From: Felis catus
Lineage: Eukaryota
Reading direction: 5' to 3'
Assembly: GCF_018350175.1 (NCBI RefSeq)
Contig: NC_058368.1
Location: 79,610,001 to 79,674,000, forward strand
Length of the DNA: 64,000 bases
Part shown: positions 38,892 to 52,149 of the stretch, one piece after another
Layout: each line of letters starts with the position of its first letter
Position numbering within the stretch: position 1 is the stretch's first letter
Made by a program: the position numbers and the translations under genes
The notes under the pieces: generated by a model
Database searches by the model: none
Told to the model about the DNA's origin: nothing
Seen by the model: only the letters and a program-made list of their open reading frames with translations

Positions 38892-39084
38892 TGGAACGCA
38901 GTTCTAACTGTGACCTTTCTAGAACTCTCCATGTTTCTGAACACCTAACTTTGATGTGCTTTGCTCTTAGGACTGTGTGAAGTTAATGCCAGAAAGAATG
39001 TGGCACTTCATTAAAAACTGTACTAAGCTGTCGCTCTAGTATGAGTAAAATCGGGAAAGAATCATAAAATGCAAGGGCCCAAGA

Positions 39085-39230
39085 GGACCTCAAAATCCAC
39101 TCAACTCACCTCATTTTACAGACAGAAACTGAAGCTCAGAGACGCTGTTGTGTTCAAGGGGTTCACCTCATCTCGTTGGGGCACGAGATCGGGGGAAGCA
39201 TGGAATTTGGATGGACTCGGAACCCAGGTG
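39085..39230 (-). mobile_element. MIR
   Basis: ctcattttacagacagaaactgaagctcagaga...ggactcggaacccagg. Confidence 0.75.
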
Positions 39231-39985
39231 TGAAGTATAATCGCCTCCTTCTAGCTCTAAGGGTGTCACCCCCCACCCCCCCCCATCGGCAGAGGGAAGA
39301 GATTATTTCACAGACGTTAAACAGAATGGCTGTGGGTAAAACGCCCGGTTTATAGAAGGAGATACATGGAAATGTTATTTTCTCCTTTCTAAAGGCATCT
39401 TGAGCTGACACCTGTGATGGACGGTCTACCTGGCTTCAACCTCCAATCACCCTATTGTACCAACCAGCTGTGTCACCCTCCCCTGGACGACCCCAGCACC
39501 GTCACATGTGGTGAGCTCAGAACCCAGTGAGTGAGGTAGCAGGTGACCACCAGGAGGGGGCTGACAGGCCAGGACTGGCCCAGCCACTGCTCCTGGAGGG
39601 CTGATCCCCTAGATTCAACTGGATGGGTGAGTTCCTGGCCCACGGTTGAACCCGTGAATGGGCTCTCCTGCTCATCAGTGACCTGTCTAGTCACAGAATT
39701 TTGCTTGTCACCTTGCTGGGTTGGAAGCTATCACGAACTCATTTCTCACACTCTTGCCTCCTGAGCCAAAACCTCAGACCACTTCTCAAGCTCTTGTCTT
39801 TCCCAAATCCAAGTTCACAAGCCTTCTGACCCCGGTAACACACGCGATGTCCCACACCCCTGGAGACCAGCAGGAATCTTCTCGTCTCTCTGCGAATCAG
39901 GGACCCCACACTTTGGGTAGTCGAGGAAAAGGAGAGCTTATACTTTCTAAAATGCCAAAGGTTTCTTAAAAGTTATCTCTGCCTC

Positions 39986-40208
39986 GGGGCACCTGGGTGG
40001 CTCAGTCGGTTGAACGTCCGACTTCGGCTCGGGTCATGATCTCACGGTTTGTGAGTTCGAACCCTACGTCGGGCTCTGTGCCGACAGCTCAGAGCCTGGA
40101 GCCTGCTTCGGATTCTGTGTCTCCCTCTCTCTCTGCCCCTCCCCCGCTCATGCTCTGTCTCTCTCTCTCTCTGTCAAAAATAAATAAATATTAAAAAAAT
40201 TTTTTAAA
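39986..40208 (+). mobile_element. CanSINE
   Basis: aaaagttatctctgcctc/aaaagttctctctgcctc TSD. Confidence 0.95.
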
Positions 40209-41851
40209 AAGTTCTCTCTGCCTCAACACAAAGAATTTTCTGTTCATCAGAAACAAAAACAAAAAAAACCTCCCTAATCCAGAGAAACCTAAAGAAAGTT
40301 AAAATCATCCATAATCCTACCAACCCGGGATCACTGCTAATTTTTTCACATTTGGAATCATAATGTGGTAGAGAATCTATTTCATGGACAATGTAAGGCC
40401 AGCTTTTTCCTATGTGATTAGGTATTGTTCTACGATATCCTTCCTTAGTGGCTGGAGCCTAACATATCCATTTTGGGCAGGGAATACACTAAAATAAAAG
40501 ACATTTTACTGAAATCATGAGAGACCAAAATACAAACTTGTGCGTTTGTCCTGAATAAGTAACTGAACCGTGGATCAGTTAACCTGAGCAAATGGCCTGT
40601 GGTATAACATGAAATTCAGGGGGGGCAAACCTCCATTGCCATTTAATTTCAAACAATATCCGCTCTGTAACTCAGACACCATACAGGCTAATACAAAACT
40701 TAATCTAAAAAGGCAGCCTCCTTTTGTGATCAAGAGAACTGATGTCAATAGAACAAAGACGCAGGAAGCATCTTAAAAAATATAATTGGGGAAGACAAGA
40801 AGCATATAAGGGGAAACAGGAAGAATGTTTAGGGATGATTAGTCTAAGAGTGGAGCCAATAAAGCCACCCTCGTGCCTGGGAGCTGCTTCCTGTGGTCTG
40901 GGAGTTGGAGCCTCACGGGGGGCCCGAGAGCGAGCGTGAGGCCAGGCACTGGCTGTCAGCACAGATACCCTGATAATGGTCTGCGGGCTCTTGTTTGTGT
41001 CAGATGAACCTCGTGAAGAAGGGTATTTATTTGGACACATAGATGCAGCAGGCTCGTGCTGGTGCTGGGGACACGGGGACGTGGGACCCGATCTCTGCTC
41101 TCCAGGGCTCAGGTGTGGCGGCACAGACAGGTCAGACACCCATGATGATGTCGCCACCCTGCAGGAAGGTTTGGGGCTCACGGAGGGAATAGCACACAGG
41201 GTGTCTTAGGGACAGACGTGTTTCCCACAGCCCGCATCCCAGCTGACTCCCAGAAAGGGGAACTGCGCGTCCCGGCAAGCAGAGGCAAGGCCAGTTTGGG
41301 GAAAGTCAGACTGCAGCAGACACCAAGTGACCCCACGTGGCGCGTCTGTCCTTTCCGCTCCAGAGGACAGAAGACAAGTACAGACGCTGAGCCTCGTCTC
41401 CGGGATGACCGAGCCGCACCCCTGAGGTTTTGCCAGCCCCTCGCCCCACTTTCTTCTCAAAAAAGGTGATCGTCACCATTTGGCAAGGGCCTCCAGGAGG
41501 CCGAAGAGCAGGAGCGAGCCTGCATGTGAGGGCCACCTCGGCTGCGCACACACCTGTTTGCAAATCTGGTGTCCGTGGAGACAACGCCAGAAAAGTCCCT
41601 GATTCCTCTGGGTGGTGACGTTTACACCACAGCCGCTTCACAGCTGTAACTTGAGACGTGCAGCTGGCCTGGGCACTTGGTGGCTCGGGAGTCCCCAGGG
41701 GTGTAAGTCAGGCCTGCCCAGCACGGCCACCCGGCTCCTGCTTCCCACTGGCTGTGCAAACCCTTTCTGAATGTTACTAGAATGAGTCAGGCAAGATCAA
41801 GAACCCATGGAATTTATTGCCAAAATATGACATTAGTGATAGCAAGCTTGG

Positions 41852-41876
41852 TGCACACACACACACACACACACAC
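41852..41876. repeat. (CA)n microsatellite
   Basis: Direct. Confidence 0.9.
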
Positions 41877-41936
41877 AGCACGATAGAACTTCCCTTTGTC
41901 ATAATTACAAAATTAATTGAAAATTTTGGAATCATA

Positions 41937-42148
41937 GGGGTGCCTGGGTGGTTCAGTCGGTTGAATGTCCGACTTCGGCTTAGGTCACGATCTCACGGTC
42001 CGTGAGTTTGAGCCCCGCTTCGGGCTCTGTGCTGACAGCTCGGAGCCTGGAGCCTGCTTCCGATTCTCTGTCTCCCTCGCTCTCTGCCTCTCCTCTGTTC
42101 ATGCTCTGTCTATCTGTCTCTCTGAAAAATAAATAAACATTAGAAAAA
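41937..42148 (+). mobile_element. CanSINE
   Basis: tttggaatcata on both sides. Confidence 0.95.
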
Positions 42149-43984
42149 CTAAAAGTTTGGAATCATAAAACTTATATTTTTTACATGACAGGGTTTTTTT
42201 TGTTGTTGTTGGTTTTTCTGTCTTGGAAAAACCCATTTAGATCTGCCCTCTGTAGACCCCTTTGCTTGAAGAGGTTGTACCGTCCCACCCACCCCGTGAT
42301 GTGATGACCGGTATTTTTTCTCAGCTTTGCTCCTGCTACAGCCACGCGGCACAGCCTTTCCCGTGTCTTCAGGGCTGTGACGCACTGATCTTCAGTTAAG
42401 AAAAGTGGAAGCTAACGAAACAAACAGAAAGCAACGGCTGGAGCCCAAGAGGCAAATCCAGGCAAAATAAGGCTTGATTCAGTGGACACTGCTCCCATAA
42501 TTGCTGGACGATTGGAACCGGCCCCTGGGATTCTGGTCAGCACCACTGAATCTCGTTGCTGATGGGGCAGGGCTGGTGACCTGCCTAGAGTCACTTGTGT
42601 GGGACATGTCCCCTGCCAGGAAAAGCCCCCGGACCTGCGCTCTCTGCCCAGGGGAATCGGGAATAAGGAAGTGTGGACAGCATCTGGAGGATGTCTGGGC
42701 TCATGTGCATATGTGGTAGCTTGTGGGCTTGTCCCAATAGAGGATCTGTGCCCTCCACACGATAAATACGTCTTCGCTCAAGGCTCATGTGCCCCAGTGA
42801 GGTCATGCTTCCACAGCTCCTCTCTGTTCTTGCCGTGCTTCTGAGCAATGTGTCTGTGGCACAGGGAAAACCCTACCCACCCTTACCCTCTTTCAGCCTC
42901 TCTTCCCTAAGCCTTAGGTGTACGGAAGTTTCCAGAGACTCCTTCCAGCTTTGTTACTACATGAGGAGATGAGTTACAAGTGGGAATGTAATGTGACCAC
43001 CCCGAAGAGCTTTGAAAAGGTCCCTTGAAGAATATTCCATGGAAGATCTCAGAGGGCGGGGACCAGAGGGCAAAGCAGTGTCCTCGCCTGCTGGGAAGTG
43101 TCCCCCGAGGTCCTGCCGGGCCGTCTGGTCCGAGCTGGGGGAGCAGGCGGAACGGGAGAACAGCTACCTGTTGCCGTGAGTGCTGCAGGGGGAGCATCTG
43201 AGGGGCTGGGGCTGGGCGCTGCCCGGAGCTTCCGTCTGTGCCGCTCCCGGGGGCTGGCTGGCTCCTCCCATGCCCCCAGGGCTGGCCCCGCTCACCCCTG
43301 CATGCAGACCCCCTTTCTCTGGGTAGCCCTTCCCGTGCCCCTGGATTCATCCTTTCTACCCAGTTTCCCGGGGGTAGATCTTAACTCCCCGTGTGTCCAT
43401 CCCCTGCCTGGCACGGGGCTTGCACTTTGAAGATGGCAGGAAGCACTCGTGCCCTGGGGCCCTGTCGGTGTCAGCCAGGCTGTGCCCACCAGAGCGCAGC
43501 CAGGGGTGCTGATCGCACACCTGCCGCCAGGGCCAAGGACACAACAGCACGGACACAGCAGTGGGAAACACCCGTGCTTCACACCCATCCCAGGGCGCGT
43601 CTTCTCGAAGGAAAACAGAAACAGCCCGTGCTCCACTCGCAGCAGACGATGTTGCTTTTCCACCAAAGTCGCCAGAAAGGGGAGCACGTTCTCACTAGAA
43701 AGCCAAGTGGAGAAGGGGCTTGAAGCTCCCCGACCGGGTTCGAGCTCCGGCCTGGCCCTCGTCTTCCTGGTGAGCACTGGACCAGGCAAGCAATCACCCA
43801 GGAGCCAAGGTGCTGCTAAGTTCAGCGCATCGCGGTTCCCCGGGACTGGCTGCAGGGAGCCTGGGGCCGGGACATGGGGGATCAGGCGTGGGGGGCAGAA
43901 GCCAAAGGCCCCAGGGCTGCCCTTCAGAGCACAGAGGACGGCCCTGAGAAATTCCAAGTTGCCAATAGCTGTCTTCGTTTTCAA

Positions 43985-44535
43985 AAACTTAATGGTTTGC
44001 ATTTTTAGGTCTATAGAAAAACTGTCTGGAAACCAGAGAGAGAGTTCCCATACATCCCCCGACCGCCCTACAGTCCCCGTACCTCTCCCTACGGGCAGCA
44101 TCTTGGACTGTTGGTGGCAGTTGATGAGCTGATATTGATACTTTACCATCAGCTAACGTGCGTAACGTGCATTAAGGTTCACTCCGAGTGCCGGGCCTTC
44201 CGTTTCGACGGATGCACGATAACATGTATCCACCATGATGGCTGCAAACAGCATCTTGCACAGCCTTGAAAGTCCTCTGTGCTCCACCCGTCCATCCCTA
44301 GCTCTTCCCCGAGCCCCAGCACCCCCGGATCTTTTACTGGCTGCATAATGTCGCCTTTTCCGGAACGTCCCATAGCTGGAATCATACAGCATGTGGCCTT
44401 TCCAAGCTGGCTTCTTCCACTCAGTGACGTGCATTTAAGGGTCCTGTGTGTCTTTTGGGGGGGGGGGGCGGATCGCTAATTCCTTTTTATCCCCGAATAA
44501 TATTCCATTGCCTGGATGTACCGCAGTTTGCTTGT
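43985..44535 (-). mobile_element. Old LINE-1 3' end (L1MB/MC-like)
   Basis: tttaggtctatagaaaaa...gagttcccata, gctggaatcatacag, gaataatattccattgcctggatgtaccgcagttt. Confidence 0.85.
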
Positions 44536-46614
44536 CTGCCTTCTCTTTTTAAGTGAAGAAAACGACACTCTTGGAGGAAGGCAAAGAGAAAACGCTTTCT
44601 TCGGCCATTAATTTTCTCAGTTTTGCCTCATTTCTTCACTGCCTTGCCCCCAGATAGCACAATGTTCTGAATGTCATGGGACCGGAAAGTTCATGAGTGG
44701 CGGGGTCACTAAAGTATAAGGCTGTTGGTTCCTGCTTCAATCCGGGGCCTGCCCCAAGAGTGCGTATAAATACTCTGTGACCTCATTTATTAAAAATAGT
44801 GTGGTGAGTGAGGTCCCAACTGCTCTCTCGCAGGGACGGCTTGGAACACTACCTCTAATTGCTGCTTTTCATTGCGCACAAGGGCTCCAGGGCATAAATC
44901 GCTGGAATCGTTCCGTTCACCCCATCCCCCCCAATGACACGAGGCCTAAAGTTACACAGACACAACCGTAGCCCCTAAAGAAATCTCAGACGCCGAGGTG
45001 TCCAGGCCGAGTCCCGGAGAAGGTAAACCCTCAGGGGCTTGCTCAGTAACATCCGGTTTCTGCACCTACCCGGCCAGCCCTCAGCCACTTTCTATCTCGT
45101 GTTAGGTTCGTAGTTTAAAATGCCCAATACTCTGTTCTGTTATTTAAGAAAAAAAAAAAAAAAAAGCCAGGGCCCTTGGTAAAAGCCACTTGAATGAAAT
45201 TCATCTAGTGAATGCTAGCCAGCTAGTTCATAAGGGACAAAACTGGTCACAGAACATGTGCAAATTATACCAGAATGAGCCGGCACCGGAGCTCTGGAAG
45301 GAATTCAGCCTTTGCCATATTTGGGAAGGACGTGAGTTATGCGTGGTGCCCGGAGGGAAACCACTGGGTGGTTGAGGGCCCACCCCGGCTGACAGGCATG
45401 AAACCCAAGGCAGGAAGAGAGAAACCTTCCGCAGTGGGGAAACTGGGCAGGTGGCGGGGCTCAGGAACCCAGGGGGAGGGGGATAGCAGGAAGGAGCAAG
45501 GTTCCCGCAGCACCTGTTGACTCGGCAGAGCAGGTTGGTCCAGCGGGCCTCGCGGGGTGAAGCCCGGGCCCGGCCCCCCAGCCCCACCGTGCGAGGTGCC
45601 ACGGCGGCACATTCCTGAGCAAGAAGATTTTGAGGGAGTTGATATTTGACCAGAGATTCATGCAGGGCCATGAAAGTCTTCAAATAAATAAAACCCCAGC
45701 CCACGTTTAATTGCCTGTGGTAATGAGGCAGCAAGGCTGAGTGAAAGGTGCCGAGCTTAAGGAAACCAAGACTTCCTGCGTCTCCCTGGGTGCTCTCCGC
45801 CTCCGAATCGGCAGGGGGCTGCAGCCACCCCTGTTTTTCCAGAGAACAAGATCGCAGCTCAGAGAGGTCGATTAACCCACTGAAGGTGGCACAGCCAATA
45901 AACGCCGGCGTTGCAATTTCAATCCGGGCTTGTTGGCCCACAATCTGCTCTCTTTTCCAGGCCCCGCACAGCCCATTATTACAGTGCGTCTAACCTAGAG
46001 CAAATCTCTTACAAAAAAAAAAAAAGGCCAGAGCCGCAACTTTTTCCCCCTGTTGTTCTGAATGTTTGGCCAAAGGGCAGAACGATCTTAGGGATGGCAA
46101 ACTCAGGCAGCAAAGGAAAACCAAACAAAATTTTCAAACCGCACAAGTGTTCCCTGAAATACCAAGAATTCTTTACCATCTAATTGCTTCTGCGGTGTGC
46201 CAGCTGAGGACACATTTCGTAGCACCTGTTCTTGCCCTCTTGTTCAACCCTGGTGTTTTTTTGGTGGGTCCGAGGCGGTGTAGGACGCTCCCCAATTTAA
46301 GTTATGGGTTCCCTTTGCTACTGAAACAAAAGTCCCCTAGTAGATAACCACTGAAACTCAGCGCATCTAAGCCCAGCCGGGCGCTCCAAGGGTTAGTTAC
46401 CCCACATGGGCAGCAGCCCCGAGGTCACAGGTGTGGGTGATCCTTCCGCCAGAAGCATCCTGCCAAGCAGCAGGTAATTTCCAGATGCAAAGACCCGGCT
46501 CCACATTCCTTAGTACAAACGGACACCTTTTACTGAAATGTCATCATTTCTCTCGGGAGGTAACGGATGGATCAACCTGGGTGTAACTTCCAGGACAGAA
46601 GCCACTCGCTGTCT

Positions 46615-47000
46615 TTATTTCTATTGCGATAGACCTGACAGAGGACACTGTACGTTTCAGGTGTATAAGAGCCGATTTGATATGTTTATGTGTCGCAATG
46701 ATTTTACCGCCAGAGTGTTAGCTAACGCCTCTGTCACATTTCTGTTCCGTGGCAAGAACAATTAAGATCTAGTCTCTTAGCAACTCGGAAGTTTCTAGCA
46801 CATCATGGTTGACTGTAGCCTCTGTGCTGTGCGCTGCATCTCCAGGACTAACTCATCTGCTGGTGGCACATTTGGCCCCCTTGACGAACATTCTTCATCT
46901 CTCCCACCTCCACCCAGGGGACCAGCATCCCAATCTTGCTTGCTACGAGCTCGGCTCTTTTGGATTCCACATGTGAGAGCCTACGGTGTGCCCGCCTGAC
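46615..47000 (-). mobile_element. Old LINE-1 3' end (L1MA-like)
   Basis: ttaagatctagtctcttagcaact, atctccaggactaactcatct, gattccacatgtgag. Confidence 0.8.
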
Positions 47001-47287
47001 GTCTCGCTCAGCGGATGATCTTCAAGACCCAGCTATGTTTTCTCAAATAGCTTTAGAAAAAGGCTGAAATGCCATGATGCACCCCGACGGATGCAAACCT
47101 GAGTGGGATGCAGATTCTCAGGTCTCCTGACAAAAGATGCGTCCGGCCACAGAGTAGCACACGTGGTTGGAGGGGGAGGGACACAGCCAGGTGAATATGG
47201 CCCATTGAGAAGACAAACAGAGTTGTCCTGGGGGTTAATCACCCCCCCACAACTGGATGGATGGTGGTGAGATCAGAAAGACAGCAT

Positions 47288-47524
47288 TTTTTTAAATGTT
47301 TATTTAATTAATTTTTTTTTTGAGAGAGAGAGAGAGACAGAGAGAGACAGAGCACCAGCGGGGGCAGGGCAGAGAGAGGGGGACAGAGGATCCGAAGCAG
47401 GCTCTGTGCTGACAGCAGCAAGCCTGATGCAGGGCTCGAACTCACGAGCTGTGAGATCATGACCTGATCCAAACCCAAGAGTTGGACACTTCACCGACTG
47501 AGCCCCCCCTACCCCAGGTGCCCC
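47288..47524 (-). mobile_element. CanSINE
   Basis: gagatcagaaagacag (47269-47284) and gagatcataaagacag (47525-47540). Confidence 0.94.
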
Positions 47525-47552
47525 GAGATCATAAAGACAGTGTTTAAAAAAA

Positions 47553-47763
47553 TTTTTTTTAATGTTTATTTATTTTTGAGGCAGAGAGAAACAGAGCATG
47601 AGCAGGGAAGGGTCAGAGAGAGAGGGAGACACAGAATCCGAAGCAGGCTCCAGGCTCCGAGCTGTCAGCACAGAGCCTGACGCGGGGCTGGAACTCGTCA
47701 ACCACGAGATCATGACTTGAGCTGAAGTCAGATGTTCAACCGACTGAGCCATCTAGGCGCCCC
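47553..47763 (-). mobile_element. CanSINE
   Basis: aaagacagtgtt/aaagacagtatt flanks. Confidence 0.94.
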
Positions 47764-47950
47764 AATCTCAAAGACAGTATTAATGAGAAGGCATCAGACT
47801 GTTCCTCCCGTGGGTATTCATGAAAAACAGTTCCTTATTTCCTATTCTTCCATTTCCATAAAAGCAACATCAGTCATTATGATAGTGCTAAAACTTAGCA
47901 TCTACCTACAAAGTTCAAAAGTTAAAACTAATATTTAAAAATCGATATTA

Positions 47951-48164
47951 GGGGGCACCCGGGTGGCTCAGTCAGTTGAGCGTCAGACTTCGGCTCAGGT
48001 CATGATCTTGTAGTTCGTGAGTTCGAGCCCCACGTCGGGCTCTGTGCTGACAGCTCAGAGCCTGGAGCCTACTTCGGATTCTGTGTCTTCCTTTCTCTCT
48101 GCCCATTCCTCGCTCATACTCTCTCTGTCTCTCAAAAATGAATAAACGTTAAAATTTTTTTTTT
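47951..48164 (+). mobile_element. CanSINE
   Basis: Flanked by a 33-bp direct repeat. Confidence 0.94.
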
Positions 48165-48197
48165 AAAGTTAAATCTAATATTTAAAAATCGATATTA

Positions 48198-48395
48198 GGG
48201 GACACCTGGGGGGCTCAGTTGGTTAAGCGTCCAACTTTGGCTCAAGCCATGATCTCACAGTTCGTGGGTTCGAGCCCCGCATCAGGCTCTGTGCTGACAG
48301 CTTGGAGCCTGGAGCCTTCTTTGGATTCTGTGTCTCCCTCTCTCTCTCTGCCCCTCCCCCCCATTCAAAAATAAATAAAACATTTACAAAAATTT
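48198..48395 (+). mobile_element. CanSINE
   Basis: SINE body and A tail. Confidence 0.93.
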
Positions 48396-51067
48396 TTAAA
48401 TCAGTATTAGTATATGACTTCAGTGAGATACATTATATCATTTCGTAAGAACCCATTTATGTTCTGTGGACTAGTAAGTCGTGGGAAAATTTTACACACC
48501 CTCTTTACCAAATCCTTCCTCATTTGGTTTAGTTGTACTATCCTCTCTGGTAATCCTCTTACCTAGAATGTCCTTTCTGGAAAGTTACCTGTAGGGTTCA
48601 GAGTTTGCTTACTTGTTAGGTAATAAAGTAAATAAATCTTGTGTATTTCTTCCCAATCTTATTTCTGGTATGAAAAAGTTATTTCCCTTGTTAAGTTCCC
48701 TTCTTGGGGGAATTTTATACTGAAACATGCGTACGGTTAGACCTTGTCTATTTTCTGATCTAACAGGTGGAAAACTTATTTTTCTACCATTTTTGATTGT
48801 CCTTATCAATTCATTTGTCGTTTGGTGTTGCACAGAGAGAGCTCACTAAGTGACCGGCCTCAGTGTCCTCGCTGTTTTTAGAGAAACTGTGCCTGCAAGG
48901 CACTTTTCAAAACATCCCCGTTCTTTATTTTTCACACCTAAAGGAAATTTGCAATTCTGCACCGACTGGATCCCTTGGTTCTACTGTTTTTTGTTTTTGT
49001 TTTTGTTTTCGTTTTTGTTTTAAAGGATGAGGGAACGTTCTCAAGTGCTGTAGTGAACGTGGCTGTGACCTGGAAATGCTCTTACTTGTTACCAGGCTGT
49101 CAAATAGCTGTCACAGGAAAGGAGGGTAGGTGAGAGCGTTATCGATTCCCTGAATCCGATGACATTTCCAAACAGGAAATAAATGTCAATAGCCATAAGT
49201 AAACACTTCAACCCACACAGTTTTGTTTTCTTTTAATTAAGGGAGGAAAATAGTCTTACCACTCAGCCGGGCTTGCCCTGGGAGCCTCTTAATTTACTGC
49301 CGTGGGAGCCAGCCCATCTTACCGTGTCTGTTTCCTCTCCTGATGGGTCTTTGGACACTGCTTTTGGAAAGCGAATGTGCTAAATGGGCAATACTGACTT
49401 ATCGCTGTGATTTCTTTCCTGGATGGAGGGTCTGGATGAATTCCTCAGGATAGAAACCACAGGAACCTTACGCTTCCTCATTTCAAAACAAAGTAGGGTT
49501 TTGCTGTTTTAGTTCTCTTCGTTGGTTTTCAAATTCTAGTGTCCTCACACACGGGGTCAGACACACGGACAGCCACCCGCTCTCTCCCTGCCTGCCCGTT
49601 TTGTCCTGCTGGTTCCCTGTGCTCAGGGGTGTGGTGCCCGACCCTCCATGCAGCTGAGTCTTTGTTTTTATTCTAGGAAAGATGGATGGAGCTATGGTTT
49701 TTTAGCCTCGCATTGCTTCCTTCTTTGGGAAATTCCGTTAGAAACTTCTTTGCCTGTGGTCCACATTCCCCCACCTTCTCTTGGATCTCTTTCTTTCGAT
49801 GCCACACTTTTCCTCCTTTTCATCTTCTGTGACGTCATCGCCGTTCTTCTCATTTGGATCTCATTTCTAAAATAATGTTCCTCTTAATTATAATCCCTCC
49901 CTGAATACCGTCACCACAGTCCTGGATGTTCTGCATTCTGACTGTGTTGATCTTTAACGTCCTTTTTTACTTGCCCCGGTTTCTTTTAGTTCACGTGCAG
50001 TGGCGCGTCCGTGGACGTGACTTTCAGGTACAGCCTCATGACTGCAGGAACTTCACTCTGTCCCTTATTCTCTTTCTTCTGGGAGTGACTTTGTACAGCA
50101 TTGTGCTGTTGCTCATTTTTACCTGAGATGAGGTTTTCTGGGTTTGGGGAGGGAGAGGGTTCCGAGAGCTGTTCCGGCTTGCTCGCTCTGGAGCTCCCTC
50201 TGTTGCCTTTCTGACCCACCAGGGTGGCTGGTCCTGGCCGTGTTCACTACCATCCCCTCTCCCCTTCTCTCTGGCTGTCTCTGTCCTGCTCATTCTGGAT
50301 TCTATCCCCAGCACATTGTCCTCTACGTGGGACGTTGTCCTGGAAGGGACCTTGGCTAGTCAGTCTGAGAGTAGACCCCTTGTGCTGGCCCATCGGGGGG
50401 AGTTTACAGAGCGTCTCCTATGTGCTCAGCTGCCCTCAGACCCGCCCCTGTGCTTCCACTGAGGACCCCGAGGCTGCTGCTGGCTGTCCTGTTTTCATGT
50501 CTGTCCTCTGTCTCCTGCTTCCCCCCACCTGCCCCAAACAGACTTTGGTTCCACCCAGGTCTGGGGCTGTCTTTGGTTTCTCCTGCTCTGGCATGTTGAG
50601 AGGCATGGGAGTCCTAGTTTGTGGTGAACATTGTATAATTTCTGTTATGCGGTACTGGGAGCTTTGTATTGGGAGTTTTCTCCAGGAGTGGGTAGAAATT
50701 CAGATGATTCACTAACTGTACTGCCACAACCATCTTCCAAAAGAATCATTTTGAAATGTTTTGGAATATACGTGTGTGTATACACATACATTATATACAT
50801 TCATATATATGTACGCACACACACACACACCCCTTTGGAATAAAAAGCTAAGGAATATTTTTTCAGCCAGCTGCTGGTTTATTGGGGTAGATGGTAATCT
50901 AGCAAAATGGTAATACTGAACGTAACATATTTTACCATTTGAAAGAGTCAAAAAAATCACCATATGAAATATGATGGAAAAGGCAATAGTACATCTTGCA
51001 AAATTAAAGATGACCTTAACTATCAGGCAAAACTTGTTTTTTGTTTGTTTTTACTTGTTTGGGATTT

Positions 51068-51285
51068 AAAAAATTTTTTTCTTGTTTATTTTTATTTTTG
51101 AAGGAGAGAGAGACAGAGCATGAATGGGGGAGGGGCAGAGAGAGAAGGAGACACAGAATCGGAAGCAGGCTCCAGGCTCCGAGCTGTCAGCACAGAGCCC
51201 AATGTGGGGCTCGAACTCACAAGCCATGAGATCATGACCCGAGCTGAAGTCGGACGCTCAACCAAATGAGCCACCCAGGCGCCCC
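51068..51285 (-). mobile_element. CanSINE
   Basis: Antisense SINE body; tgggattt on both sides. Confidence 0.94.
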
Positions 51286-51879
51286 TGGGATTTTTTTTTA
51301 AATGATCTTCACCATTGAGAACATCAGTTAAGTCTTAGTAACACTACAGATTTGAAAACTTCCAAGTTAAAACATCAGTGGCGTCAGCGTTGAGAGACAA
51401 AATAAATTTAAAAAAGGGAGCTTGAGACCGATGCTCACACACTCATGCATGTGCACTCACACATGCTCACAGACTGCCACGCTCACATGTTCATGCCCAT
51501 GTGCACACACACACACACACGCCGTACGATTTTCTCTTAAATCTAGACAACAGCTATGTATTATGATACATCATGAAGACCATTTGTTACTTTCATTTAT
51601 CCTGTTAATATAGACCAATGAAGTTAATGCATCCCCTGGCAGGTCTTAATTCCTGGAAGATCGTATTTTACTGGACTTGTTACATTTGCTTTCCTCTTCA
51701 CTCAAGTGGAATGAGGTGAAACCCATTATGGACATTACAAGAAGGGCTGCCTTTGCAAAAGGAAGAATGTTCTCTTTCTCTCTCTCTCTCTTTTGTTTTT
51801 CCCACAAATAGAGGTGGCTCTTTGCCATCGGGTGGGATTGAAGATGTCATCTGCCAGAAGGCCACGGGAAGCAGCACGT

Positions 51880-52040
51880 CTTTGAAACTCAGCAACTCTG
51901 GCTCCCGTTCTCGTATTCATACCGCCAGCGCCTGGAGGAAACACTCCGGAGTTTCTGATTTATGGCGGGTCTCGGGCGTTGGCGCTTTGGTGTTTTAAAT
52001 TTCCACAGGTGATTCTAACAGACAGACAGCACTGAGGATC
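51880..52040. mobile_element. MER5-like hAT remnant
   Basis: gagtttctgattt...ttttaa...ccacaggtgattctaa motif. Confidence 0.5.
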
Positions 52041-52149
52041 GCCGATCCAGAACAGACCTGGGGGACAAGGCCAAGAAAAATTATGGGATTTCAATAGATT
52101 GTGAAGGACTGTGAGTGTCTTTCTTAGGAAGCTGGACCTTGGTTGATAG

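Noticed and set aside
44764..44799. TATA-like TATAAAT and MEF2-like TTAAAAATAG
   Set aside because: Isolated short motifs with no supported downstream exon.
42907..45941. Long overlapping ORFs (227-285 aa) on both strands
   Set aside because: GC-rich, stop-poor DNA that partly runs into an L1 3' end; no recognisable domain.
48430..50130. 74-aa minus ORF and T-rich flanks
   Set aside because: Probably very old antisense L1 sequence; too decayed to call.
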